Of a stretch of 32,000 nucleotides of DNA, positions 23,659 to 32,000 are shown piece by piece. Every line of letters begins with the position of its first letter. Position 1 is the stretch's first letter. The stretch is from Microcystis aeruginosa NIES-843. GTDB lineage: Bacteria; Cyanobacteriota; Cyanobacteriia; Cyanobacteriales; Microcystaceae. The notes beneath the pieces were generated by a model that did no database searches, was not told where the DNA came from, and saw nothing but the letters and a program-made list of their open reading frames with translations. The DNA is taken from NCBI RefSeq assembly GCF_000010625.1, contig NC_010296.1, positions 2,070,001-2,102,000 of the forward strand, read 5' to 3'. The translations under genes were made by a program, and so were the position numbers.

Positions 23659-25179
23659 CTAACTTAAACAGCGAATTGCCTCCAATAAACCCCTGGCTTT
23701 GTTGAGGGTTTCTTCATACTCTTTCTCCGGCTCAGAATCGGCTACTAACCCGGCTCCCGCTTGCACAGAAACCAGATAATTTTGATTACCTTGGGGACGA
23801 ACAATCATAGTGCGAATTGTGATGGCACTATTTAACTGTCCCTCGAAATCGTAGTAACCATAAACCCCTGAATAGGGACCACGACGACAGGGTTCCAATT
23901 CATGAATAATTTCCATGGCGCGAATTTTCGGGGCCCCACTGACGGTTCCCGCGGGAAAACAAGCTTTTAATAAATCCCAAGCACTTTTATTGGTTGCTAA
24001 ATCCCCGACCACATTACTAACAATGTGCATAACGTGGGAATAACGTTCAATTATCATTAATTCATCCACTTTGACCGTACCTCGATCGCACACCCGACCT
24101 AGATCATTTCTCCCCAAATCCACTAACATAATATGCTCGGCAATTTCTTTGGGATCTTGCAATAAATCCGTTGCTAAAGCTTGGTCTTCACTGAAGTTTT
24201 GTCCCCGGCGACGGGTGCCAGCAATTGGTCTGACCGTAGCCTTTATTTTACCTAATTCGTCCCGTTCTGCCTTAACCATCACTTCAGGACTAGAGCCAAT
24301 AATTTGCCAATCCTTAAAGTTATAAAAAGCCATGTAGGGAGAAGGATTAATCAGACGCAGGGAACGATATAAATCGAAGGGATGACCCTGATAATTGGCA
24401 TTTAAACGCTGGGAAATAACCACCTGAAAAATATCCCCCGCTTTGATGTAATCCTTCGCTTTCAAGACATTTTGACAGAATTTTTCCTGAGTTGTATTGC
24501 TTTCATAGACTAATTCTTTCCCCTGACCAACCGGTAATAATTCCAAGGTTTTGGCATTAGTTGGTAGGGGTAATCGTAACTTCAGAACTAACTGTGTCAC
24601 TCGATCGCAGGCCGCTTGATAAGCGGCCGCTAAATCGGGATTTTTACCCCGGATATCGGCATAAGCGATCGCCCAGATTTTCCGTTTAACTTGATCGAAA
24701 ATAATGAGATTATCCACCTGCATCCAAATACCATCTGGTAGATCGGCATCGGTAGCAGCATAAATAGGCACTCGCGGTTCGATCCAATTAATTAATTCAT
24801 AACCCCAAAAACCAAATAACCCCCCTATTCCGGCGGGTAATTGCGGCAATTTAACCGGCACGATCGGGGCTAAACATTGGGTTAAAATCTCGAAAGGATC
24901 CCCCGAAAAAATCTCTTGAGAACCATCGCGAAAAGTTTGGGTAGTGGTGTTTCCCCGTGCTTCTAATACCCAGACGGGATCGCCTCCTAAAAAGCTGTAG
25001 CGTCCCAAGGTTTCGCCCCCTTCCACCGACTCTAATAAAAAATTGTAGGCTTGATTGGCACAAACTTTATACCAGGCCGAAACGGGTGTTTCTAGGTCAG
25101 CGATCCATTCTTGATAGACAGGAATAAAGTTACCTTGACCGGCGAGTTGACGAAAGCGATCGAAGTCGGGGAAGATCAT
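23659..25179 (-). CDS. trpE: Anthranilate synthase component I
   Basis: 506 aa. LLESVEGGE, SPEVMVK, and GAPKIRAMEIIHELE...RGPYSG chorismate-binding signature. Confidence 0.95.
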   Translation of the reverse strand: MIFPDFDRFRQLAGQGNFIPVYQEWIADLETPVSAWYKVCANQAYNFLLESVEGGETLGRYSFLGGDPVWVLEARGNTTTQTFRDGSQEIFSGDPFEILTQCLAPIVPVKLPQLPAGIGGLFGFWGYELINWIEPRVPIYAATDADLPDGIWMQVDNLIIFDQVKRKIWAIAYADIRGKNPDLAAAYQAACDRVTQLVLKLRLPLPTNAKTLELLPVGQGKELVYESNTTQEKFCQNVLKAKDYIKAGDIFQVVISQRLNANYQGHPFDLYRSLRLINPSPYMAFYNFKDWQIIGSSPEVMVKAERDELGKIKATVRPIAGTRRRGQNFSEDQALATDLLQDPKEIAEHIMLVDLGRNDLGRVCDRGTVKVDELMIIERYSHVMHIVSNVVGDLATNKSAWDLLKACFPAGTVSGAPKIRAMEIIHELEPCRRGPYSGVYGYYDFEGQLNSAITIRTMIVRPQGNQNYLVSVQAGAGLVADSEPEKEYEETLNKARGLLEAIRCLS

Positions 25180-25256
25180 ATTTTGATGGTTCAGGAAACG
25201 GATAGCACAACACTTGTAGGGGAGAAAACGGAATGATGAATTATGAATTATGAAGG

Positions 25257-25322
25257 AGTGGGGAGTGGGGAAGTGGGGAAGTGGGGAAGTGGGGTAGTGG
25301 GGTAGTGGGGTAGTGGGGAAGT
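25257..25322. repeat. Tandem AGTGGGG / AAGTGGGG / TAGTGGGG array (7- and 8-nt units)
   Basis: agtgggg x2, aagtgggg x3, tagtgggg x3, then aagt, counted directly. It is preceded by atgaatt-type heptamers at about 25232-25255. Confidence 0.9.
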
Positions 25323-25552
25323 TGTCTCATCACCCTAACACCCCAAAACCCCCCGCAATGCGCACGCAGTGACCACCCTATCTCCTGAATACTGACTCCT
25401 AACTCCTAACCCCAGGAAAAACTTTTTGCCGCAAACCCTAACTAGCAATTAATTGCCGATTGCGATAAGAGAAATCGAGAGTCAGAAGTTAAATCTTGGG
25501 GCTAAATAGCTTCTTAATCTAACTCCCCACTCTCGATTTTAGGGATTATTTA

Positions 25553-25978
25553 TTATGCTTCGTAGGGAGTGACACCAGAGAACTTAATTGTCGCTGGTTC
25601 GGGGTTTTTGCCGATATTGCGGTCTTTTTTGCCGAAAAATTCACGACCGGCGTTAACTTTTTCGGGGAAGACACCATCAGCAGGGTGGAGATATTGCACT
25701 TCACCACTGGGGTAAATCCGATAGATTTTGTAATCTTCGATTTTGGGCTTGAATTTCGTCCGTAATTGGGTACCAAGAGCGAGCGCGTGTTCTTTGCGGG
25801 CCAAATAGAGGAGATTTTCGCCTTCGTTCATGATAGCGGCGCCACCGGTGGGCATTTCAAAGACTTGTTCTTTGCTGCTGGTCCAGGTGATGGCGTACTT
25901 TTCTTCCAGATCGGCTTTGGTGAGTAAACCGCCCGTGCTGCCACCGAACTTAGGAGCTTTTCCAGAAAGTTCTGTCAT
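25553..25978 (-). CDS. psaD: Photosystem I reaction centre subunit II
   Basis: 141 aa. ...[52 protein letters not shown]...[24 protein letters not shown] is an unmistakable PsaD. Confidence 0.95.
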   Translation of the reverse strand: MTELSGKAPKFGGSTGGLLTKADLEEKYAITWTSSKEQVFEMPTGGAAIMNEGENLLYLARKEHALALGTQLRTKFKPKIEDYKIYRIYPSGEVQYLHPADGVFPEKVNAGREFFGKKDRNIGKNPEPATIKFSGVTPYEA

Positions 25979-26111
25979 AGGATTTTGTTCTCTCTACAAA
26001 AATAAACAAAAGGGGTTTTAGGGAATCCTATCACTGACACCCCCTCTCTCTAGTAGTCTTGTCAAGAACTGTAACATTATTTTGTACTAGACTATAGAAC
26101 TAGGATTTACC

Positions 26112-26211
26112 GAAAAAGTTTTTCCTCGGGGCAGGGTGTGGGGTGTGGGGTGTGGGGTGTGGGGTGTAGGGTGTGGGGTTTTACCCATTTTCAGGGAAAA
26201 AGTGCCTAAAT
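26112..26211. repeat. Dispersed repeat copy B (6 GGGTGTR units)
   Basis: gaaaaagtttttcct-cggggca-(gggtgtg x4, gggtgta, gggtgtg)-gggttttacccattttcagggaaaaagtgcctaaat. Paralogous to 23481-23582. Confidence 0.85.
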
Positions 26212-26262
26212 AGAACTAAGCGGACTGGCGCTCGCCAACTGGTCTAGGAATCAGCCGCCACT

Positions 26263-27900
26263 TTAATCGATCGCCCGTCGGGAAATTTGCCAACTCAAAA
26301 AAATTACCGGAATTAATCCCACTAAGACAATGGCCAGGGCCGGTGCCGCCGCTTCCACCAAACGTTCATCACTGGCGTATTGATAAACGCGCACCGCTAG
26401 GGTATCAAAATTAAAAGGTCTTAAGACCAAAGTAGCAGGTAATTCCTTCATCACATCGACAAAAACTAACATAGCCGCCGTCAATAATCCCCCCGACAAA
26501 AGAGGAATATGCACTTTAATTAAAGTGGCACCAGTGCCATAGCCAAGGCTGCGGGAAGCATCATCTAAACTAGGTTTAATTTTACTTAAACTCGATTCTA
26601 ACGTGGAAAAAGCTACGGCTAAAAACCGGACAATATAGGCAAAAATCACACAGAAAATCGTGCCGCTCAGAATTAAATTGATATTTAATCCTTGATTGAA
26701 AAAGTTATCTAATTTGCCGATAGGAATTAAAACCCCCACCGCGATAACAATGCCGGGGATAGCGTAACCAGCCGCCGCAATCCGCACAGAACCCTTAAGA
26801 GTTTTATTCGGATTAAGTCTTTCCCCGTAGGCGAGAATTAAAGCTAAAACTACCGCAATAATTGCGCTTAAACTAGCCAGAAAAAAACTGTTTACCGATA
26901 AACTAAAAAAGTCATTATTAAAAGTTTCTTGGGCGTGATTAAAGGCTAGATAGGTCAGATAGAAAGCAGGGGCGATAAACCCAAGAAATACTGGCAAAAA
27001 ACAGGCGATAATTGCCAAAAAAATCCGAACAAATCCTAGTTCGTACTTAGTCGGTGACTGGAAACGATTGGTCATTTCATAGTAACGAGCTTGACGACGG
27101 GAGGATTGTTCAAGGAAAACTAAAACGAGGATAAATACCATTAAAACTGTTGATAACTGCCCCGCCGCTATGCGATCACCCATACCGAACCAAGTATTAT
27201 AAATCCCCGTGGTAAAAGCATTAATTCCAAAATACTGCACCGTACCAAAATCGTTCAGAGTTTCCATTAAAGCTAGAGCTAATCCCGCCATAATTGCCGG
27301 TCTTGCTAGGGGTAAAGCGACAGTAAAAAAACTGCGCCAAGGATTACATCCCAAGGAGCGACTTGCCTCCACCGTGCAGACAGATTGCTCTAAAAAACCG
27401 ACCCTTGCTAACAGATAAACGTAGGGATAAAGCACCAGTATTAACATCAGAATCCCCCCCCAAAGAGAACGGATACTAGGAAACCAATAATCCTCGACAC
27501 TATTCCAACCGAAAACACTTCTTAAGAACGTCTGCACCGGACCAAAATAGTCCATCATATTGGTATAAGTATAGGCCAAGAGATAGGCAGGAGCGGCAAG
27601 GGGTAGTAATAATAACCATTGAAATTGTTGACAACCGGGAAATTGACACATCGTTGTTAACCAAGCTGTGCCGACACCGATGATTAAAACGCCGCTGCCC
27701 ACCCCGCACATTAACCAAAAAGAATTAACTAGATAATCCCAGAGAACAGTTTCGATCAGATGTTGCCAGACTTGACTGGAATTAGTTAATAAACTACTGG
27801 CAACCGATAAAATTGGCAGGGAAACAAGCAGGGCAATTAGTAAAACCGCAATTGTCCATCCCTGTCTAAAAAAAGAGCGAGATTCTTTCAGAAAAAACAT
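26263..27900 (-). CDS. futB: Iron(III) ABC transporter permease, fused two-domain type (FutB/HitB/FbpB-like)
   Basis: 545 aa, about 12 TM segments, two EAA-loop regions (VEASRSLGCNPWRSFFTVALPLARPAI and LDDASRSLGYGTGATLIKVHIPLLSGG). No ATPase or binding-protein gene is adjacent. Confidence 0.8.
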   Translation of the reverse strand: MFFLKESRSFFRQGWTIAVLLIALLVSLPILSVASSLLTNSSQVWQHLIETVLWDYLVNSFWLMCGVGSGVLIIGVGTAWLTTMCQFPGCQQFQWLLLLPLAAPAYLLAYTYTNMMDYFGPVQTFLRSVFGWNSVEDYWFPSIRSLWGGILMLILVLYPYVYLLARVGFLEQSVCTVEASRSLGCNPWRSFFTVALPLARPAIMAGLALALMETLNDFGTVQYFGINAFTTGIYNTWFGMGDRIAAGQLSTVLMVFILVLVFLEQSSRRQARYYEMTNRFQSPTKYELGFVRIFLAIIACFLPVFLGFIAPAFYLTYLAFNHAQETFNNDFFSLSVNSFFLASLSAIIAVVLALILAYGERLNPNKTLKGSVRIAAAGYAIPGIVIAVGVLIPIGKLDNFFNQGLNINLILSGTIFCVIFAYIVRFLAVAFSTLESSLSKIKPSLDDASRSLGYGTGATLIKVHIPLLSGGLLTAAMLVFVDVMKELPATLVLRPFNFDTLAVRVYQYASDERLVEAAAPALAIVLVGLIPVIFLSWQISRRAID

Positions 27901-28010
27901 TTTTAATAAGATTGTTAAAGCAATTTTTAGAGAACTAGGAGATGATCTACAGTCCCGTCGATCGAGGAAAATTAGCTAATCAATAAGCCTAGGTCATTGG
28001 CTCCTAAAAA

Positions 28011-28820
28011 TTAGGATTTCTCTAACAGCTTGCGGTAGTCAAACACGCGAATGAGCGTCCCTTTTTTGGGTAAATCGGCGGCACGAATCCGTAATTTATT
28101 GTCCTCGATCAAACGGATATTTTTATCCTTGACTAACTTGAGAAACTCATCTACAGACACCAATTCACAGGCATTTTTATCGGCGGCACTGGTAAAGTAT
28201 TGAGTTGGTATAGCAATTCGCGGTTGTAAAACTTCGATCGCCTGTTTTGCTTCTTGGGGATTATAATTTTTTGGACCACCTCCCACGGGAATAAAAGCTA
28301 AATCCGGCGAACCTAGGAGAATTCTTTGTTCTAATTCGATTGGGGCCGCTGCCCCCCCTAAATGGACAATACTAATCCCCGCTTGGGTCCAACGCCAGGC
28401 CACATTCATACCGAAACGTTGCCCACCCATGCGATCGTGGGCGATACTAATACCCTGTAGTTTTAATTTACCCAGATCGTAAGCCCCCGGCTCAAACAAA
28501 ATTTTCGGATTACCGGGTAAACCCTCGGCCGCCCCTTCATCCCACAGTTGACTACTAATTAAAACGATATCTGCTTCTACTTTTGGCAAAGGAAAACCCG
28601 CCGTACAACCAATTGCCCGGAAAGGATTAACTAGGACTCTTTGCCCTCCTCCGGTGAATAAAAAGCAACTATGACCCAACCATTGAACTAAGAGGGAATT
28701 ATCGGGTTTTTGGGGGGAAGTGGGGTTAGTGGGTTTCGGTTTAGTTTCCGCTAAAACTGAGCTTACTGCCACGGTTAAGAAACTTGCCCCCGCCGATAAG
28801 ATAAAATCTCGCCTTTTCAT
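28011..28820 (-). CDS. MBL-fold metallo-hydrolase-like protein with a twin-arginine signal peptide
   Basis: ORF 28011..28844; ATG at 28820 preferred (MKRRDFILSAGASFLTVAVSSVLA is Tat-like). LVQWLGHSCFLF resembles UlaG-like / beta-lactamase-fold proteins. Confidence 0.7.
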   Translation of the reverse strand: MKRRDFILSAGASFLTVAVSSVLAETKPKPTNPTSPQKPDNSLLVQWLGHSCFLFTGGGQRVLVNPFRAIGCTAGFPLPKVEADIVLISSQLWDEGAAEGLPGNPKILFEPGAYDLGKLKLQGISIAHDRMGGQRFGMNVAWRWTQAGISIVHLGGAAAPIELEQRILLGSPDLAFIPVGGGPKNYNPQEAKQAIEVLQPRIAIPTQYFTSAADKNACELVSVDEFLKLVKDKNIRLIEDNKLRIRAADLPKKGTLIRVFDYRKLLEKS

Positions 28821-28881
28821 AAATGTAGATGCAGAATTAATCAATTGAAGGTTAATTTCAGGGGTTGGGGATTAGCAAACA

Positions 28882-29469
28882 CTAGAGGGATCGCAGAAAG
28901 TTTCTTAAAAGTTCCTTGCCAGCAGTGGTTAAAATACTTTCGGGATGAAATTGTACTCCTTGAATGTGGGGGTAATCCCGATGACGGACTCCCATGACCG
29001 TGCCATCTTCTACCCAGGCCGTGATCTCTAAATTATCTGGCATAGTTGAGCGCTCGATCACTAAACTATGGTAACGGGTGGCAGTAAAAGGATTTTCTAA
29101 GCCTTGAAATACCCCTTCGTTGTTGTGATAGATTGGGGAAGTTTTGCCGTGCATCAAGACTGGGGCCCAGACCACATCCCCCCCGAATACCTGACCGATA
29201 CTTTGATGACCGAGACAGACCCCCAAAATCGGCAAATGGGGGCCAAATTTAGCGATTAATTCCAGAGATATGCCCGCATCGACCGGACGACCTGGACCGG
29301 GGGAAATGACAATTCCATCCGGCCGCATTTGTTCGATCGTGGCCAGATCGATTTTATCATTACGATAGACCTCGATCGGCACGGCGATCGGGAACTCGGA
29401 GGCTAATTCTCCCAAATACTGGACTAAATTGTAGGTAAAACTATCATAGTTATCGATGACGATTATCAA
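28882..29469 (-). CDS. trpG: Anthranilate synthase component II / aminodeoxychorismate synthase glutamine amidotransferase
   Basis: 195 aa. MIIVIDNYDSFTYNLVQYL, GVCLGHQ (catalytic Cys), and QFHPES. Confidence 0.9.
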   Translation of the reverse strand: MIIVIDNYDSFTYNLVQYLGELASEFPIAVPIEVYRNDKIDLATIEQMRPDGIVISPGPGRPVDAGISLELIAKFGPHLPILGVCLGHQSIGQVFGGDVVWAPVLMHGKTSPIYHNNEGVFQGLENPFTATRYHSLVIERSTMPDNLEITAWVEDGTVMGVRHRDYPHIQGVQFHPESILTTAGKELLRNFLRSL

Positions 29470-29596
29470 GAGTCCCTCTCCTTTCTCTAGCCTCGCTCAG
29501 TATTTTCATTCTACATCCTGGCTGTCTCGATCGAGATAGCCGGAGTGTAGGGGGTAGGCTATTTTTGAGCAGTCAGCTAGAATCTGCCCGGAATTG

Positions 29597-30097
29597 CTAA
29601 TCACAGCCTAAACTATCTCTGGTGGCCACTCCCGTGACCGGATTAATCCCATCGGCCCGTTCACACATTAACTTGACCTGATAGTTATCAATGACCGCGT
29701 TAGTGAAATCGGCCCCGGTAATAATTGTGTCATAAAAACGGCTGCGAGTAGCGATCGCATCGGTAAAAATAGTATTAGTTAAATCGGCAAAATCGAGGGT
29801 AACTCTATCTACCAAAGAGGCGGTCAAATCGGCCCCTTTTAAGTTAGCTTTTAAGAGGACAGCCTCGGTAAGAATGCTATAGGATAAATCGGCCCCTTCT
29901 AGGTTAACTCCCCGCATAGCAGCAGCGGCGAAAACTCCTCCGCGTAAATCCTGATGGGAAAAATCCCGATCTTGCAGCTGGGCAAAACTATAGTTAATCG
30001 TTTTATCTTGGGCCAAAGCCACCGGACGGGCCGCGAAAAGTAGCCAAAGAATCGCCAGCAAAATAATTAAAACCAGACTGAAAATTTTTTTCAACAT
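29597..30097 (-). CDS. Pentapeptide-repeat protein with N-terminal signal/anchor (lumenal type)
   Basis: 166 aa. A hydrophobic N-terminus is followed by A(D/N)LxG-type pentapeptide repeats ([31 protein letters not shown]...). Confidence 0.85.
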   Translation of the reverse strand: MLKKIFSLVLIILLAILWLLFAARPVALAQDKTINYSFAQLQDRDFSHQDLRGGVFAAAAMRGVNLEGADLSYSILTEAVLLKANLKGADLTASLVDRVTLDFADLTNTIFTDAIATRSRFYDTIITGADFTNAVIDNYQVKLMCERADGINPVTGVATRDSLGCD

Positions 30098-30099
30098 TG

Positions 30100-31488
30100 T
30101 TACTGTTGAGCGTCGAAAAACTGGGCTGCATCATCACCCACCCGAATAGTTAGGTCTGAGTCTAAAGCACCAGTGGAGGATGATTCTACTTTACCGATTC
30201 CCAATTGATTTTTCAAGAGGTTAGCGGACTGAATATCACCTTTTTGAGCAATAATTGCCGTGGTTTCTAGCTTTTGGGAGGAGTCATCGCTAATATAAAC
30301 ATTTGTGTAGCCCTGTTTGGCCAGATAATTGCGAGTACGACGGGCTAAACCTTTGGTATGGGTGGCATTTTGAATGGCAATCCGCAGACTATAAATGGAG
30401 GTTTCTCCCCGCGAATAGTTATCGGTAAAATTATTAGCCACAATGGTTCTAATTTCGCGACGGTTCAAAATCCAATAACTGCGACCATCGTATTCCTCGA
30501 GGTTATTAAACCGGCCGGGGAGTAGGATCATTCTTAAGTCATCCTGTTTAATTTCCCGGCCAAAATTAGCGATAGCCAGCATTTCCTCGACGGATAAATT
30601 CGTATCGATATATTGTTGTAAAACCTGTACTGCTTTCGGGAGACTGGGGAGAATTGTCGGACTAAAAATCTTTTGTTGTAGTGCTTTTAATAAAATTTGT
30701 TGTCTTTGTACGCGACCGATATCGCCGTATTGCTGGTTACGAAAACGGGCAAATTGTTCGGCTTGGTCGCCGTTGAGATTTTGCCAACCCTCTTGTAAAT
30801 CAATTTCTAATTTTTGGGTGACATCTTTATGATACATTCGTTCGGGTACATAAACCTCTACGCCCCCGACTAAATCGACTAATTCCTTAAAGGCATCGGT
30901 AGTCACCCGGACATAGCGATCTACGGTGACATCCCCTAAAGTATTACTGACCACTTCCGCCGCTAGAGTTGGTCCACCGTGAACATTGGCATCGTTAATT
31001 TTAGTGAAACCGTGGCCAGGAATTCTGACGCGGCTATCGCGAGGGATAGACAACATTCTCACGGTTTTATCGCTAGGATCGAAGCGCACTAGGAGCATGG
31101 TATCGCTGCGACCTTTAAATACATCGTCGCCGTTTTTGGCATCTAAAACTCGATCGATGCCCATAACTAAAATATTAACAGGACGAGAAAGCTGCTGGTT
31201 AATTAAGCTATTCCAAGCTTGAGCCTCAAGGATGTCTGTTTGGGTGGGAAAAGTCGTTTTTTGGAAGATGGCCCCAATTGGTGCGGGTAAGGGACTAATT
31301 AAAGCGACGGCAGCCCCAACAGTGGCGGACACTAGGGCGGTAAAACTGAGGGTTATTCCCCAAAATAAGCCCTTTTGCAGGGGAGATGCTTTTTTTAAAC
31401 CGGACATGACCGAACTGACCACCGTGACGGTATTTTCTGAGTTTTGGCTGTATTCCTGCTTTTCAAACCGCCCCGAAACATTGGCCAT
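30100..31488 (-). CDS. LCP (LytR-CpsA-Psr) family cell-envelope protein
   Basis: 462 aa. One N-terminal TM segment, LCP core (ILVMGIDR...[13 protein letters not shown]...SIPRDS...INDA), and a C-terminal LytR_C-like domain. Its stop lies 2 nt from the pentapeptide gene start. Confidence 0.85.
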   Translation of the reverse strand: MANVSGRFEKQEYSQNSENTVTVVSSVMSGLKKASPLQKGLFWGITLSFTALVSATVGAAVALISPLPAPIGAIFQKTTFPTQTDILEAQAWNSLINQQLSRPVNILVMGIDRVLDAKNGDDVFKGRSDTMLLVRFDPSDKTVRMLSIPRDSRVRIPGHGFTKINDANVHGGPTLAAEVVSNTLGDVTVDRYVRVTTDAFKELVDLVGGVEVYVPERMYHKDVTQKLEIDLQEGWQNLNGDQAEQFARFRNQQYGDIGRVQRQQILLKALQQKIFSPTILPSLPKAVQVLQQYIDTNLSVEEMLAIANFGREIKQDDLRMILLPGRFNNLEEYDGRSYWILNRREIRTIVANNFTDNYSRGETSIYSLRIAIQNATHTKGLARRTRNYLAKQGYTNVYISDDSSQKLETTAIIAQKGDIQSANLLKNQLGIGKVESSSTGALDSDLTIRVGDDAAQFFDAQQ

Positions 31489-31633
31489 GGACTAACCTCA
31501 ACATCTGATTAAAAGCTTACTTTAGGAGGTGACTGCTGATCCCTAGAATCTATCTCTAGCCCAAAAGTTCCAGATATTGGCCACCCCCCTCTCGCCGGCT
31601 ATTGTAACATATTGTTAAGGAACTGGCTATAAT

Positions 31634-31820
31634 AGACCTCTTGTAAAAATCAAAATTTGTCTTGGTTGGTTAGGAGTCGGTCGTCAGTAGTCAGTAGTCA
31701 GTAGTCAGGAGAATTAAGAATGAATAATGAGCAATTAAATGGTCTATTTAGAGATTTTATGCCATTTAATCCTTATTTTTGCGGTTTTTGAACCCTGAAA
31801 AGTTAATTAGGCAAGAGGAA
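31634..31820. mobile_element. MITE-like element with ACCTCTTG termini and an internal heptamer array (second family member)
   Basis: The left end is agacctcttgtaaaaatcaa (from 31634). The internal array is ggagtcg, gtcgtca, gtagtca x3, ggag (31673-31711). The right end is ...ttaggcaagagg(aa) at about 31811-31820. It is the same family as 17098-17228 in the opposite orientation. The right boundary is uncertain by a few nt. Confidence 0.55.
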
Positions 31821-32000
31821 TTTGAGGGATTCAGTTCGGTTATAAATTATCTCTGTGGCCAAGAATTAAGAGAGGTGGAAACTTGAAGATGACAGAACTA
31901 AGGTTATTCTCCTTGTTTTTATCCCTTAGCTTTTGGCTAGTTGGGCATTTGTTTCTGTCAATATAATTCTGATCTATTTTTTATGAAAATCATCTCTATT

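Noticed and set aside
26068-26087. HLR1-like (RpaB-binding) direct repeat upstream of psaD (minus strand gtacaaaataatgttacagt)
   Set aside because: Only one half-site (GTTACAGT) fits the (G/T)TTACA(T/A)(T/A) consensus. The other half lacks a T, and the spacing is not the canonical 8+2+8. This is too weak to call without a transcription start site.
27901-28010. Fur box upstream of the futB-like permease
   Set aside because: The region is AT-rich (ttaataagattgttaaagcaattttt), but I could not align a convincing 19-bp GATAATGATAATCATTATC-like palindrome. The gene may also be co-transcribed with the upstream MBL-fold gene.
31983-32000. Possible gene start (atgaaaatcatctctatt) at the window edge
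   Set aside because: Only 6 codons are visible, so there is no way to distinguish it from chance.

Overview
This window looks like chromosomal DNA from a unicellular cyanobacterium. Evidence: at least 8 HIP1 GCGATCGC palindromes, psaD, hemJ, and a divergent sufR-sufB pair with SufR operators. The density of IS/MITE debris and CCCCACA-type heptamer arrays suggests a Microcystis-like genome, but that is inference only. I support about 25 protein genes, mostly housekeeping: sufB (partial), sufR, purD, murF, hemJ, nusB, gloA, trpE, psaD, futB-like permease, trpG/pabA, an LCP protein, a pentapeptide-repeat protein, a GT4 glycosyltransferase, a CPBP protease and a CYTH protein. Nearly every intergenic gap between them carries mobile or repetitive DNA. 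I found no multi-gene cassette that I can defend as a new defence or biosynthetic system. The most interesting content is as follows. (1) Two divergent solo TnpB (IS200/IS605 OrfB, OMEGA-type RNA-guided nuclease) elements, each with its own matched left/right hairpins and no TnpA. One ends about 22 nt before the murF start codon. (2) A 186-187 bp MITE with GGYTCTTCG termini and exact 8-bp target duplications, present twice, once nested inside an IS630 transposase gene. Deleting the MITE and one duplication copy restores that gene's reading frame. (3) An IS5-family element and two small MITE-like relatives that share its ACCTCTTG termini and carry internal tandem heptamer arrays. One of these supplies the sequence immediately upstream of a helicase start codon. 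(4) Many heptamer/octamer tandem arrays (STRR-like) arranged as composite purine-rich (GGAGNNN)n plus (CCCCACA)n modules, with canonical G-quadruplex potential and differing copy number between paralogous copies. Orphan accessory genes are an AT-rich sulfotransferase, a large type IV pilin-like protein, a solo SF2 DEAH helicase, and hypothetical proteins of 422 aa and 323 aa. All functional calls rest on motif recognition by eye; no database search was possible.
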